Shown: positions 36,919 through 47,454 of the stretch, piece after piece
Layout of the letters: each line of letters starts with the position of its first letter
Numbering within the stretch: position 1 is the stretch's first letter
Notes under the pieces: model-generated
What the model was told of the DNA's origin: nothing
Database searches by the model: none
Seen by the model: the letters and a program-made list of their open reading frames with translations, nothing else
Program-made: the position numbers and the translations under genes
Assembly (NCBI GenBank): GCA_964573235.1
Contig: CAZNIV010000001.1
Location: 3,709 to 67,708, forward strand
Reading direction: 5' to 3'
DNA length: 64,000 nucleotides
Origin: an uncultured Gammaproteobacteria bacterium
GTDB lineage: Bacteria > Patescibacteriota > Patescibacteriia > 2-01-FULL-39-33

Positions 36919-37980
36919 TTACCAACTAATAATTTTTTGTACTAACTTCAGATAAATTTCCATTATCGGATTGGCCACATAGGTAATTAAAAAATATTGA
37001 AGATCTTGAAATTTTATGGAACCAACATACAATCGAATAATTTCTTTATCTGTTACTTTGCGCAATTTACGCTGTACCATATTTCGACGCTTCAAAATAG
37101 AACCTAAGCGCGATAAAACCCACATGTCGCCAGCCAGCTTTTCTTTAAACCAACCATTTTTAAGAGCATAAACAAACATACCCAATTCTACTACTAACAA
37201 AATTGGCGATAATAATAACAATGTTCGCCATTTATAATTTTCCAACATCACAATATGGCGATTGCGTTCCATGTAATAAAATTTATACTTCGCCTTACCA
37301 AAATTGTATTTATGATAAACTACAGCAAATGGATCTAATACTACTTTAAAGCCAGCTAAGCGCGTACGCCAGCCCAAATCAACATCTTCATGATACATAA
37401 ATAAGCGCTCATCAAATAAATCCCAGTCTTTCATTTTTTCTATTGCCGACATTTTTAACAAACAAGCGGCACCAGAAGCATAAGGCAATTCAAAAATTTC
37501 GTTCTTTTTATTATCTGGCTCACGATAATGATTACAAAAAGCAAAACCCAAATAATGAATGCTATTACCAAAAGAATTAATTAAATGCTTTTCTGGATGC
37601 AATAACAACTTTGGCTGAACAATGGCGATTTTTTTGTCACTTTCGGCCACTTCTACCATGTGCTCTAACCAATTTGGCTCTACAATAGTATCTTGATTTA
37701 ACAATACCGCATAATCACATGCGCTTTTTTGCGCCAAAAAGAAGCCTTGATTATTAGCCTTGGCAAAGCCAGTATTATCTTTATTTACAATCAAACGCAC
37801 CTGCGGATATTTTTCTTTAATATAGCCAACCGTACTATCGGCAGAATTATTATCAATCACAATTACCTGCAATAAATCTTGCGGATAACGACTATGGAAA
37901 ACACTATCCAAACACTCCGGCATATAGTGCCGTGCATTATAGGTAACAATAATAATGGTAATTTTTTTATGTTGAATCAT
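36919..37980 (-). CDS. Glycosyltransferase family 2
   Basis: IDNNSADST, GFAKANN, LNQD, SGAAC, FMYHEDVDLGWR. Confidence 0.9.
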   Translation of the reverse strand: MIQHKKITIIIVTYNARHYMPECLDSVFHSRYPQDLLQVIVIDNNSADSTVGYIKEKYPQVRLIVNKDNTGFAKANNQGFFLAQKSACDYAVLLNQDTIVEPNWLEHMVEVAESDKKIAIVQPKLLLHPEKHLINSFGNSIHYLGFAFCNHYREPDNKKNEIFELPYASGAACLLKMSAIEKMKDWDLFDERLFMYHEDVDLGWRTRLAGFKVVLDPFAVVYHKYNFGKAKYKFYYMERNRHIVMLENYKWRTLLLLSPILLVVELGMFVYALKNGWFKEKLAGDMWVLSRLGSILKRRNMVQRKLRKVTDKEIIRLYVGSIKFQDLQYFLITYVANPIMEIYLKLVQKIISW

Positions 37981-38873
37981 TGTTTTTGCGCAATAATAAT
38001 GAGTTTATTATACCGCTTTAAGGCGACTGATAGCAAATTAATCAACTCTAACACCAAGCGCGGGATAAAATATTTAATGCTCCACGGAAAAATTCTTTCT
38101 GCTCCCGTGTTTTGACTTTTGACCTCTAAAACCCTAAAACCGTGTTGAGCTAAAATATTTTTTAATGATTGCTCACTGTGAATAAATAAATGATGAATAC
38201 CAAACATCCACGACGCCGGCCAACTGATTTTTAATTTTAATAAACCTAAAATTATTAAATTAATTAGTGCGCAACTATTTGGCGTTTCAATAATTAAATA
38301 ACCATTATCTACTAAAGCAATTCGGCTTTTTTCTAATAATTTATTTTGATCACTGACATGCTCAAATAAGTCCCACATAAAAACAGCTTTAAACTTTTCT
38401 ACTGGCCAAATATCATGCAAAACATCCGCCGCCAAGGCCTTAACACCAAACTGCTTAATAGAAAATTCCACCGCTTCGCGTGATATTTCTAAGCCAATTT
38501 CTTGATAACCAGATTTCTTTAAAATATCCAAAAACATGCCGCCACCACTACCCAAATCCAACATTCTATCCCCTTTTACCCACTGGTATTTTTTAGCTAA
38601 ATTAAAAAATAATTTAACTAATTGTTGACCGTATTTAGTGCTTGCATATTGTGGTAAATCGCGATAATAATTATCGCGACTACCCGTAGAATCATACTTT
38701 TGATAATAAACTCCTAATTGCTCCTCACTAGGTAAATTTTCAGTAAACAAAAAATGGCACTTTTTACAGCGACATAAAACATAATTCCCCTGCCCAATCT
38801 GGCGATAATCCAAATACTTTTCACTCCCGCCAGAACAAACCGGACAAATCATATGATTAATTTTTCTGCTCAT
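37977..38873 (-). CDS. Class I SAM-dependent methyltransferase with N-terminal Zn ribbon
   Basis: CPVC...CKKC, LDLGSGGG, WDLFEHV, ETPN, HH; located in the glycan cluster. Confidence 0.85.
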   Translation of the reverse strand: MSRKINHMICPVCSGGSEKYLDYRQIGQGNYVLCRCKKCHFLFTENLPSEEQLGVYYQKYDSTGSRDNYYRDLPQYASTKYGQQLVKLFFNLAKKYQWVKGDRMLDLGSGGGMFLDILKKSGYQEIGLEISREAVEFSIKQFGVKALAADVLHDIWPVEKFKAVFMWDLFEHVSDQNKLLEKSRIALVDNGYLIIETPNSCALINLIILGLLKLKISWPASWMFGIHHLFIHSEQSLKNILAQHGFRVLEVKSQNTGAERIFPWSIKYFIPRLVLELINLLSVALKRYNKLIIIAQKQ

Positions 38874-39186
38874 CTTTTAGGGCAGACTCTTGGACAATTT
38901 TAGTAATCGCTTTTTCTAAGCGCTGAATATGCGTAATCATTCTAAACAAACCATAAAAAAGAATAATCACTGAAGAATAAACCACTAAATCTACGCCACG
39001 AGTAACCCCAACCATATTAGCTAAATAGCTAGTAATCTCTGGATGCCAAATCACTGCAATGGCACAACACCACAAAACTAACCAAAACCAAAATTGCGGA
39101 CCATTAATTTCTTTGCGTTTTAAACGGGAAATTAAAACACCGATAAAAGTAGCGATAGCTAAAATTAAAATTAATTTTATCAACAT
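38857..39186 (-). CDS. DUF2304 family membrane protein
   Basis: 3 TMs, GVTRGVD, LEKAITKIVQE; adjacent to a DPM-like GT2. Confidence 0.85.
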   Translation of the reverse strand: MLIKLILILAIATFIGVLISRLKRKEINGPQFWFWLVLWCCAIAVIWHPEITSYLANMVGVTRGVDLVVYSSVIILFYGLFRMITHIQRLEKAITKIVQESALKDEQKN

Positions 39187-39188
39187 AA

Positions 39189-39851
39189 TTATTTTTTAAT
39201 AATTAAATCCCACAAAATATTAAACGCATTAAAAACACTCTGCCCTTTTTTCTTCGAGTATTCCGTATATTCAATCGTTACTGGTACTTCTTGATATTTA
39301 ATTTTTTTATCCGCTAATTCCTGTAAAATCTCACTGGCATAGGCCTGACGATCTTGAACTAAACTAAGTTTTTTTAAAGCTTCGGCGCTCCAAGCCTGAA
39401 AACCATTGTGTACATCAGTGAGCTTTAATCCAGTAGTAAGGCGCGTAAATAATAAAGCTAATTTTAAAGTAATAAGTCGTGACCAAGGCATATTTTTAGT
39501 TTGACCTAAAAAACGCGAGCCCAAAGCCACCTGACATTGATTAGCCTGTAATGGCAGAAGTATTTTACTAATTTCTACTGGCGCCATTTGCCCATCGGCA
39601 TCAAAAAAAACTACCCGAGAAAAATTATTATTCAGAGCATATTTAATACCGGTTCGCAATGCCGATCCTTGACCGCGATTAATCATATGACGCAAAACTA
39701 TAGCCCCAGCCTCTTTAGCTAATTTAGCCGTATCATCTTTTGATCCATCATCCACTAATAAAACTTCGTAAGATAGCGCTCTTACTTGCTTCACCACTTC
39801 AAAAATTTTTTGGCCTTCGTTAAAAGCCGGAATCAAAACCAATTCTTTCAT
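39189..39851 (-). CDS. GT2, polyprenol-phosphate glycosyltransferase (DPM1-like)
   Basis: IPAFNE, VDDGSKD, NRGQG, FDADGQ, GSRF, TDVHNGF. Confidence 0.9.
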   Translation of the reverse strand: MKELVLIPAFNEGQKIFEVVKQVRALSYEVLLVDDGSKDDTAKLAKEAGAIVLRHMINRGQGSALRTGIKYALNNNFSRVVFFDADGQMAPVEISKILLPLQANQCQVALGSRFLGQTKNMPWSRLITLKLALLFTRLTTGLKLTDVHNGFQAWSAEALKKLSLVQDRQAYASEILQELADKKIKYQEVPVTIEYTEYSKKKGQSVFNAFNILWDLIIKK

Positions 39852-40873
39852 TATTGACCAAATTTATTTGTACCCAAGATATCTTTGTAGGCATTTAAAT
39901 AATCATAAGTTTCACGCAAGCCCTCATCAATCAACACAATCGGAAACCAACCAATTGCTTCTTTCATTAGGGTAATATCTGGAATTGGCTGCTTAATCAT
40001 TAGCTGATTTTTTTCTTCATAAACAATACGTAAATTCTTATCATTCAGCAAAGAAACTTTTTTAGCTAACTCACTCAAGGTAATTTTCCAATCCGAACCC
40101 AAATTAATTGGACCATTTTCTCCACGGGCCATAACCTTAACTATCCCCTTTATGACATCCTTTATATAACAATAACTACTGACCTCTTTTTCTTCACCAT
40201 AAACCGTGATTTTATTACCCAACAAAACATCCTTAATTAATTCGGGAATCATACGACCATCGTGCAAATCCATTCGCGGACCATAAGTATTAAACAAGCG
40301 CACAATTTTTGTATCCAAATTATATTGCAAACGATAATTATTCACTAAGGTTTCACCAAATCTCAAGGATTCACTATAACAAGCGCGCAAACCCAATTGA
40401 TTAACTGGGCCAATAAATTTTTCATCGATCGGCTGAGTTGGAAAAACATCAGCACAAACAGACGGCGAAGAAATATACAAAAATTTAGATTTATATTTTA
40501 CTGCTAACTCTAGCGCATTACGTAAGCCAATAGAATTAGCCATCATAGTTTCTAACGGCTTATCCATATAAAATTTCGGCGAACCCGGCGTAGCTAAAAA
40601 ATAAATTTCTTGCAAACCTTGAAAAGCCACTTCAAACTGTTTAGGTAGGGGGTAGTTTTCTAAATCCAAACCAGCCACAATATCCTGATTTATAAATTTA
40701 AAATTGGAATTTTGCAATAAGTGGGCAATATTGTCTTCTCGACCCGTTAAAAAATTATCCACACATAAAACCTTAGCACGCTGAATTAGTTCATCACACA
40801 AATGAGAACCAATAAAACCAGCACCCCCGATTACTAAAATGTTTTCTTGATTAAAAATTGCTTTTTTGACCAT
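39851..40873 (-). CDS. UDP-glucuronate decarboxylase-like SDR protein with degenerate catalytic motif
   Basis: GGAGFIGSHL, DNFLTG, RLFNTYGPRM..DGR; the YxxxK position reads YSESL. Confidence 0.8.
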   Translation of the reverse strand: MVKKAIFNQENILVIGGAGFIGSHLCDELIQRAKVLCVDNFLTGREDNIAHLLQNSNFKFINQDIVAGLDLENYPLPKQFEVAFQGLQEIYFLATPGSPKFYMDKPLETMMANSIGLRNALELAVKYKSKFLYISSPSVCADVFPTQPIDEKFIGPVNQLGLRACYSESLRFGETLVNNYRLQYNLDTKIVRLFNTYGPRMDLHDGRMIPELIKDVLLGNKITVYGEEKEVSSYCYIKDVIKGIVKVMARGENGPINLGSDWKITLSELAKKVSLLNDKNLRIVYEEKNQLMIKQPIPDITLMKEAIGWFPIVLIDEGLRETYDYLNAYKDILGTNKFGQ

Positions 40874-40880
40874 ATGTTTA

Positions 40881-42593
40881 CTATTTACGATAAATAAAAA
40901 TACTTTTTTCTAAGCCACTAATAGATGTTCCTGAATCATAATTCATGTCTGGAGCCACATCAATTACTAAATTTTGATTATCAAAACTATTAATTTCAAA
41001 GGCACCATCTGTAACTTGGCGCTTTAAACCATTTTCAATATACCATACATAGCCAGAATCTTGATACTGAATAAGTGAACCGTTGGGATATTTACTTTCT
41101 GCCGTTAAAATGCAATCACGATTATTAATATAATCAAGTTCAAAAGCATTTTGAATCAATTTAACCCGCTTTTTAAATGAATTACCATATAAAGATAAGG
41201 CTGCTGACTCATCAAAAATCTGACACAAACCAGCACCTGGAGTAACTGCGTAAGTACGAGGGCTATTTTCAAATTTAATTAATGTGCCTGCCCGCACTGT
41301 CACATTAGAACCAATTCTTAACTGATCAAACTCATCCTGACTAATAACCTTAATTCCCTGCTCTGCCCAAGTACCCTTATACCAAGTCCAATAAGTATAT
41401 TCATTAGAAAATAAGTGACGGATATTATTTTGATCAATATAATAAACTGCTGAGGAATTAGATAATTTAGCCACATATCCCCTACTTGGATCAATAGAAG
41501 CCGTTACTACACTATCTAAAGCCAACCCCGCATTAATCCGACCGGCGCCTAATTCATCCTTATAATCAACATTTTGATTATCCACTTTAACGGCCGATGA
41601 CATTAGTACATCAATAATTTGCTTAGGGGTGGCTGAAGGATCTTTGGATTTTACTAAAGCGGCCACCCCAGAAATAATTGCCGAGGCCATAGAAGTACCA
41701 TTCCAATAAGCGGAGTAATAATTTTTGAAACCTTCTTTTTGCACCGAATAAAAAGCCAAACTTTCAATAAACTCTCCTGGGGCCACCAAATCTACACAAC
41801 TATCTCCATAATTAGAAAAAATTGATTTAATATCGGTATTATCAACCGAAGCTACTCCCAAAATAATATTATTATCCGAATTATTACCATAGCAAACAGG
41901 ATATTTAGGTGTCGCATTTAAATCAATACCCTTGCCATTATCACCATTACCAACTGCCGCTACCACTAAAACACCTTTTTTACTGGCCCAATTAATTGTT
42001 TCTTGCAAGGAATCAGAAAAATTATCACCCACTAAACTTAAATTAATAATAGAGGCGCCATTATTTACCGCATACTTAATAGCATTAACCAAACTAGCCA
42101 CATTACCTTCACCATTAGAAGAAAGCACCCTTAAAGCCATGATCTTAGCATTAAAAGCAACGCCAGTTATACCTTCGCCATTATTTGCCGTAGCGGCAAT
42201 GATACCAGAAACTGCTGTACCATGGTGCATACCAAAATTATTATAACCCGTTTCAAATTTAGGTTTTGGATCGTTAGTACCAGTTATAAAATCCCAACCC
42301 CGAACATCGTCAATATAACCATTACCATCATCATCCTTCCAGTTACCTGGAATCTCTTTATTGTTAGTCCAAATATTGGATTTTAAATCTGGGTGGTCAA
42401 TATCAATACCGGAATCTAAAACCGCTACAATCACACCATCACCCTTAGCACTATCCCAAGCCTTTTCTGCATTAATCTTAGATAAATACCATTGGTCGCC
42501 ATATAATGGATCCGATGGCACATAAGCATTGACCGGCAAGGCCGACAAAAATAAGGAAAATATTATTATAAACGGTATTGTTTTTTTAAACAT
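40881..42593 (-). CDS. Secreted subtilisin-like S8 protease with C-terminal surface module
   Basis: Signal peptide, catalytic triad VLDSG / HGTAVSG / GTSMA, DDDGNGYIDD loop. Confidence 0.92.
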   Translation of the reverse strand: MFKKTIPFIIIFSLFLSALPVNAYVPSDPLYGDQWYLSKINAEKAWDSAKGDGVIVAVLDSGIDIDHPDLKSNIWTNNKEIPGNWKDDDGNGYIDDVRGWDFITGTNDPKPKFETGYNNFGMHHGTAVSGIIAATANNGEGITGVAFNAKIMALRVLSSNGEGNVASLVNAIKYAVNNGASIINLSLVGDNFSDSLQETINWASKKGVLVVAAVGNGDNGKGIDLNATPKYPVCYGNNSDNNIILGVASVDNTDIKSIFSNYGDSCVDLVAPGEFIESLAFYSVQKEGFKNYYSAYWNGTSMASAIISGVAALVKSKDPSATPKQIIDVLMSSAVKVDNQNVDYKDELGAGRINAGLALDSVVTASIDPSRGYVAKLSNSSAVYYIDQNNIRHLFSNEYTYWTWYKGTWAEQGIKVISQDEFDQLRIGSNVTVRAGTLIKFENSPRTYAVTPGAGLCQIFDESAALSLYGNSFKKRVKLIQNAFELDYINNRDCILTAESKYPNGSLIQYQDSGYVWYIENGLKRQVTDGAFEINSFDNQNLVIDVAPDMNYDSGTSISGLEKSIFIYRK

Positions 42594-42710
42594 ATTTAAT
42601 CATCAACACTATTTTGGTTGATTATAGCAAATTAAAGCAAAAAATAACAGGGCTAACTTGATTTTTAGCCTTTTTTTTGATATAACAAAGATATTAATTA
42701 CAACATTTTT

Positions 42711-44036
42711 ATGCTAAAAAGTAAAAATATTTTATTACTCTTGGGCGATTTAACCATCTTTTACTTAGCGTTAATTATCGCGCTAATTACTCGTCAACAA
42801 TACCCCCTCTCAATAAGCACTTGGGATGCCCATTTTTGGCCATTTACCATCTTTTTCTTTCTCTGGTTAGCTAATTTTTTTATTAACGGCTTTTACGATT
42901 TAAAAATCAGTTATAATAATGGATCACTACTTAATAACATTTTTAAACTATCCTTAATAAATTTTATCGTCGCCATAGTTGGATTCTATTTTGCCGCCCC
43001 TTGGCTTGGTAGCATTAAGCCACAAACCACATTAGTAATTCTAACTTTAATTGCCGCCGGAATGCTTTTTGGCTGGCGTAAACTTTTTTACAACATCATC
43101 AAATCTGAAGCTATTGCCAATAATGTTTTAATTCTTGGAAATTCCGATTTAGCACAACTACTTAATAAAGAAATCAATTCTCGCAAACAACTCGGCTATC
43201 GCGCCAATATCATTGAAGATATTCCCGAAAACCTCAAACAATACTGTATTGCCAACAACATCAATATCATTGTTCCAGTAATGGATATTAAAAATCATCA
43301 AGACTTAGCTAAAAGAATCTTTGAGTGTTTAGCCATTGGCGTAAGCGTGTACAATTTACCCCTATTTTACGAACAAATCACTGCCACCATACCAATCGAT
43401 CACATTGATCAATTCTGGTTCCTAGAAAATCTAAGCGAGAACTCCAAAAAATCTTACGACGTTATTAAGCGCGGATTAGACATATTTTTTTCTATCATTG
43501 GCATAATTATCGCTCTGCCTTTTTTGCCAATCATCGTCACTATTATTAAACTCGAAAGTGCTGGTTCGGCTTTTTTTACCCAAATTCGTACTGGCAAAAA
43601 CGGTAAGCCATTTTTAGCTCTTAAATTTCGCTCTATGATTAAAGATGCTGAAAAAAATGGAGCGCAATGGGCTACAAAAAATGATGCGCGCATTACCAAA
43701 TTTGGCTCTTTTATGCGTAAAACCAGATTAGATGAAATCCCTCAACTAATCAATGTTTTACGAGGCGAACTAAGCTTTGTTGGCCCGAGACCAGAAAGAC
43801 CTGAATTTATCGAGATATTAAGCCAAAAAATTCCTTACTATAAAGAAAGATTACTGGCAAAACCAGGCTTAACTGGCTGGGCACAACTTAACGGCCCCGC
43901 TTATGGTGGTTCTGAAGCCGAATCTAAAGAAAAAGTAAAATACGACTTATTCTATGTCAAAAACCGCTCACTCTGGCTAGATGCCTCAATTTTGCTTAAA
44001 ACCATTAAAATTGTCTTAAGCGGAAAGGGACAATAA
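42711..44036 (+). CDS. Polyprenyl glycosylphosphotransferase (WcaJ/WbaP-like priming transferase)
   Basis: 4+1 TMs, KRGLD, KFRSM, RLDEIPQL.NV, GPRPERP, KPGLTGWAQ. Confidence 0.93.
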   Translation: MLKSKNILLLLGDLTIFYLALIIALITRQQYPLSISTWDAHFWPFTIFFFLWLANFFINGFYDLKISYNNGSLLNNIFKLSLINFIVAIVGFYFAAPWLGSIKPQTTLVILTLIAAGMLFGWRKLFYNIIKSEAIANNVLILGNSDLAQLLNKEINSRKQLGYRANIIEDIPENLKQYCIANNINIIVPVMDIKNHQDLAKRIFECLAIGVSVYNLPLFYEQITATIPIDHIDQFWFLENLSENSKKSYDVIKRGLDIFFSIIGIIIALPFLPIIVTIIKLESAGSAFFTQIRTGKNGKPFLALKFRSMIKDAEKNGAQWATKNDARITKFGSFMRKTRLDEIPQLINVLRGELSFVGPRPERPEFIEILSQKIPYYKERLLAKPGLTGWAQLNGPAYGGSEAESKEKVKYDLFYVKNRSLWLDASILLKTIKIVLSGKGQ

Positions 44037-44044
44037 AAATAAAT

Positions 44045-45193
44045 ATGGAAAACACCACCAAGCCAAAATTACTTTATGTAATCACCCAGGCGGAATGGGG
44101 CGGAGCCCAAAAATATATTTTTGATTTAGCCACTAGCGAGGAGGCCCAAAATTATGATATTACGGTCGCCATTGGTAATACAATTAACACTACCCTAATA
44201 GATAAACTAGCCGATAAGGGTATTAAAATTCACTCCCTAAAAAAATTGATACGCTCAATCAATCCCCTAAAAGACTTATCGGCTATCAGCGAACTAAAAA
44301 ATTTATTTTCCACTCTACAACCCAATATAATTCATCTCAACAGCTCTAAGGCTGGCATTATTGGTTCTTTTGCCTATCGCCTATGGAATAATATTAACTG
44401 TAGATTAATTTACACTGCTCATGGTTGGGTTTTTAACGAACCATTACCAAATTGGAAAAAAACTTTCTATTTAAATTTAGAAAAAAATACCGCTAAAGAT
44501 AAAAATCATATAATTTGTGTGGCCCAAAGCGACCAAAAAATAGCCACCGAAAAAGGTATTTTTCCACGCCAAAATTTAACCACCATTCATAATGGCATAG
44601 ATATTGCCGAAATGAAGCTATTAGAAAAATTTGAAGCGCGTCGTCTTTTAGAACTACAACCAAATGCTTATATTATTGGTACCATAGCTAATTTTTATCC
44701 CACTAAAGGTTTAAAATACCTTATAGAAGCTATGTATTATTTAGATAACAACTACAATCTACCAATTTATCTAGCCCTTATTGGCGATGGCCAACAAAAA
44801 GAAGAGCTTCTTAATTTAATTGGTAACTATAATTTAAAAAGTCGTATTTTTATTTTAGGAACCAAAGAAAATGCCGCCCAATATCTAAAAGGCTTTGATG
44901 CTTATATTTGCTCTTCAGTCAAAGAAGGTATGCCTTACTCTATTATTGAGGCTATGATGGCCGAATTACCAATAATTTCCACCAATGTGGGCGGTATCCC
45001 AGAGATGTTAGAACAAAATATTTCTGGAATTTTAATTGACCCACAAAAACCAATTTTATTAGCCGAAAATATCAAAGCATTATATGAGCATCAAGAAATT
45101 GCCGATATTTTAGCTACCAACGCCAAGAATATTGCCCAACAAAAATTTACCAAACAACAAATGATTGAACAAACATTTGCCCTATATAAATAA
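44045..45193 (+). CDS. Glycosyltransferase family 4
   Basis: GGAQ, HNGID, KG, EGMPYSIIEAM. Confidence 0.9.
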   Translation: MENTTKPKLLYVITQAEWGGAQKYIFDLATSEEAQNYDITVAIGNTINTTLIDKLADKGIKIHSLKKLIRSINPLKDLSAISELKNLFSTLQPNIIHLNSSKAGIIGSFAYRLWNNINCRLIYTAHGWVFNEPLPNWKKTFYLNLEKNTAKDKNHIICVAQSDQKIATEKGIFPRQNLTTIHNGIDIAEMKLLEKFEARRLLELQPNAYIIGTIANFYPTKGLKYLIEAMYYLDNNYNLPIYLALIGDGQQKEELLNLIGNYNLKSRIFILGTKENAAQYLKGFDAYICSSVKEGMPYSIIEAMMAELPIISTNVGGIPEMLEQNISGILIDPQKPILLAENIKALYEHQEIADILATNAKNIAQQKFTKQQMIEQTFALYK

Positions 45194-45208
45194 ATTTAAA
45201 CAACACCA

Positions 45209-45234
45209 AAAAGCCGGCTACTTCGCCGGCTTTT
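45209..45234. terminator. Bidirectional intrinsic terminator
   Basis: AAAAGCCGGC-TACTTC-GCCGGCTTTT between convergent genes. Confidence 0.85.
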
Positions 45235-45251
45235 ATTATTTTCGTAACCTA

Positions 45252-47369
45252 TTACTTTTTTACTTCCGAGGCTTTACTCTTAATAATTGCATCGTTTACC
45301 TGTTTTATAAACTTATCCGACCAACTCTTTAATTCCGGATCTAAATTAATTGCCTCATTAGCTTCGCTTAAGGCATAATCAAATTGGCCAGTCATAGCCA
45401 TAATCATAGCCAATTGACGATGCGATTCGGCATTCTTAGTATCTAATTTAACCGCCGCTAATGATGTCTCAATAGCTTTATTCATATAAGTAGCTACCCG
45501 ATCTTTTGATCCAATACTATTTAAATACATACCATAATATAAATAAGCATAAGCTACTTCATAATACATTAAAGGGCGACCTGGGCTTAATGATAAAATA
45601 TGCTCTGCTGCCTCTGCGCTTTCTTTAAATCTTTCTGGTTTAAATTGACCATAGGTAGTATTAAAACGCAACCAAACTAAATAATTAGAAACATTATTTG
45701 AATTTTCAGCAATCATCTTATCTAAAGAAATTTCTACGCGATCTGCAGTTTTTGCCACAAAATCCTGACTAATATTACTAGAATTAGCTATTTGATCTAA
45801 TAAATTAGCATACTGACGATAATACTCTTGATTACCTGGAGTATTCTCACTAATAGCATCTTCTAAGTTTTGCATCCTTTGTTCTATGTTCGCACCTTGG
45901 TCACCGAGCGCCTTAATTACCAACTTATTAGCATCTAACGGAATTAAAACCACGGCATATAAAGCCGGCACAAATAATAAAGTAAAACCGACAAGGGTGA
46001 TCATCTTAAATTGTGTCCGACCCAAAACTTCACCCTTACTTTCTGGATTAAACAAACCAATTAAGGCAATCATTAGAAATAAGGGAATGTATGTAACTAG
46101 GGCCTCAAAAATAAACATATTCTGAACACAATACGCCATCATGGCTAAAGTGGCCCAAACCGGAATAAAATAGCGATTACTTAGTTGAGGATTTTTAATA
46201 AAATGACGCCACAAGAAAAATAACGGCACAAATAATAACGCCAAATACGACAATAAACCAAAAATACCACCAGTCAATAAGCGATCCAAAAACATATTAT
46301 GTGAACGATCGAACCACGGTTCTGTCATGGTCGGCGAAAAATACTTATCAAACGGCTGATAAAAATTTTCATACCCCCAACCTAAAATTGGACGCTCTTT
46401 AAATCCCTGCCAAGCCGCCTTCCAAACAATCATACGATTCAAACCAGTTCCCTCGCTAACAGAAATACTAGTAATACGAGTTAATAAGCTACTATTTTTA
46501 ACAAAATCTGAATTTTTGTTTACAAATACCCATACTCCAAAAAAGATACTAGCGCCATAAGTTAAGCCAATAAACCAAAGCCAAAAACGCCTAACTGTTA
46601 AATTATAACTACCAATATAAAACAACACTCTTTGATGTGGCCAAAAGTAATAAACTAAATATAATCCAAAAAGCGCAATCGATAAAGCCAAGCCAATCAT
46701 GCCCCCGCGGGTTAAACTATAAAAAACAATGTAACTAGAAGCTAATATGCTAATAAAATAATAAATTCTAGCCCAAATATTCTGCCTCTTAAACAACAAG
46801 AATAAGGCAAAAAAAGCAACAAAAATCATATAACCAGCCATATAGCCAGCGTTGCCCAGTGAGCCAGAAATACGAGTACTGGCATCAAAATGAAACCAAC
46901 CCCATTTAAATAATTGATCTAGACCAATAAAAAACTGAGCCAAACCTGCCACTAAAAAAATATCCAAAGCCAACAACCAATCTTTCATTTTACGCAAAAA
47001 ACCAGTAGTAATTAATAAGAAGATAAATAAATGAATTAACAATAAAATACCTTCGCTGCGCTCATTATTACTCCAAAAACTATGATAAAAGTAATCTCCT
47101 GCCAAAGAAGCAATGGTAATTAATACCAAATAAAGTGCCATTAATCCGCCAGACAAGTTCAAACGTAAACGATATTCCGGATTATTTAAAGCCAATAGTA
47201 AATAAGCTAACAACATCACTTCTATTGTGGTGTTAAATATGTAAGTTTTAGTAGTGATAAATGGAAAAAACAAATGCCCATCAACAAACAAGGGTACAAA
47301 CATAATAACGCCCAAACCAAGCCATAACAGCGATTTAGCGATAAGGTTTACAGTCGGATTATTCTTCAT
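45252..47369 (-). CDS. O-antigen ligase/oligosaccharyltransferase-like (Wzy_C) membrane protein with C-terminal TPRs
   Basis: About 12 TMs, RISGSLGN, TRGG, R..VW..AW......PILGWG, DRSHN, helical TPR-like tail. Confidence 0.85.
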   Translation of the reverse strand: MKNNPTVNLIAKSLLWLGLGVIMFVPLFVDGHLFFPFITTKTYIFNTTIEVMLLAYLLLALNNPEYRLRLNLSGGLMALYLVLITIASLAGDYFYHSFWSNNERSEGILLLIHLFIFLLITTGFLRKMKDWLLALDIFLVAGLAQFFIGLDQLFKWGWFHFDASTRISGSLGNAGYMAGYMIFVAFFALFLLFKRQNIWARIYYFISILASSYIVFYSLTRGGMIGLALSIALFGLYLVYYFWPHQRVLFYIGSYNLTVRRFWLWFIGLTYGASIFFGVWVFVNKNSDFVKNSSLLTRITSISVSEGTGLNRMIVWKAAWQGFKERPILGWGYENFYQPFDKYFSPTMTEPWFDRSHNMFLDRLLTGGIFGLLSYLALLFVPLFFLWRHFIKNPQLSNRYFIPVWATLAMMAYCVQNMFIFEALVTYIPLFLMIALIGLFNPESKGEVLGRTQFKMITLVGFTLLFVPALYAVVLIPLDANKLVIKALGDQGANIEQRMQNLEDAISENTPGNQEYYRQYANLLDQIANSSNISQDFVAKTADRVEISLDKMIAENSNNVSNYLVWLRFNTTYGQFKPERFKESAEAAEHILSLSPGRPLMYYEVAYAYLYYGMYLNSIGSKDRVATYMNKAIETSLAAVKLDTKNAESHRQLAMIMAMTGQFDYALSEANEAINLDPELKSWSDKFIKQVNDAIIKSKASEVKK

Positions 47370-47454
47370 AATGATATTATTTATTTGCTATATAATTTAA
47401 CATGCTCGCTTCAAAAAAGCAATCAAAAAACAGCTATCAGTTTATTTAATAAAT

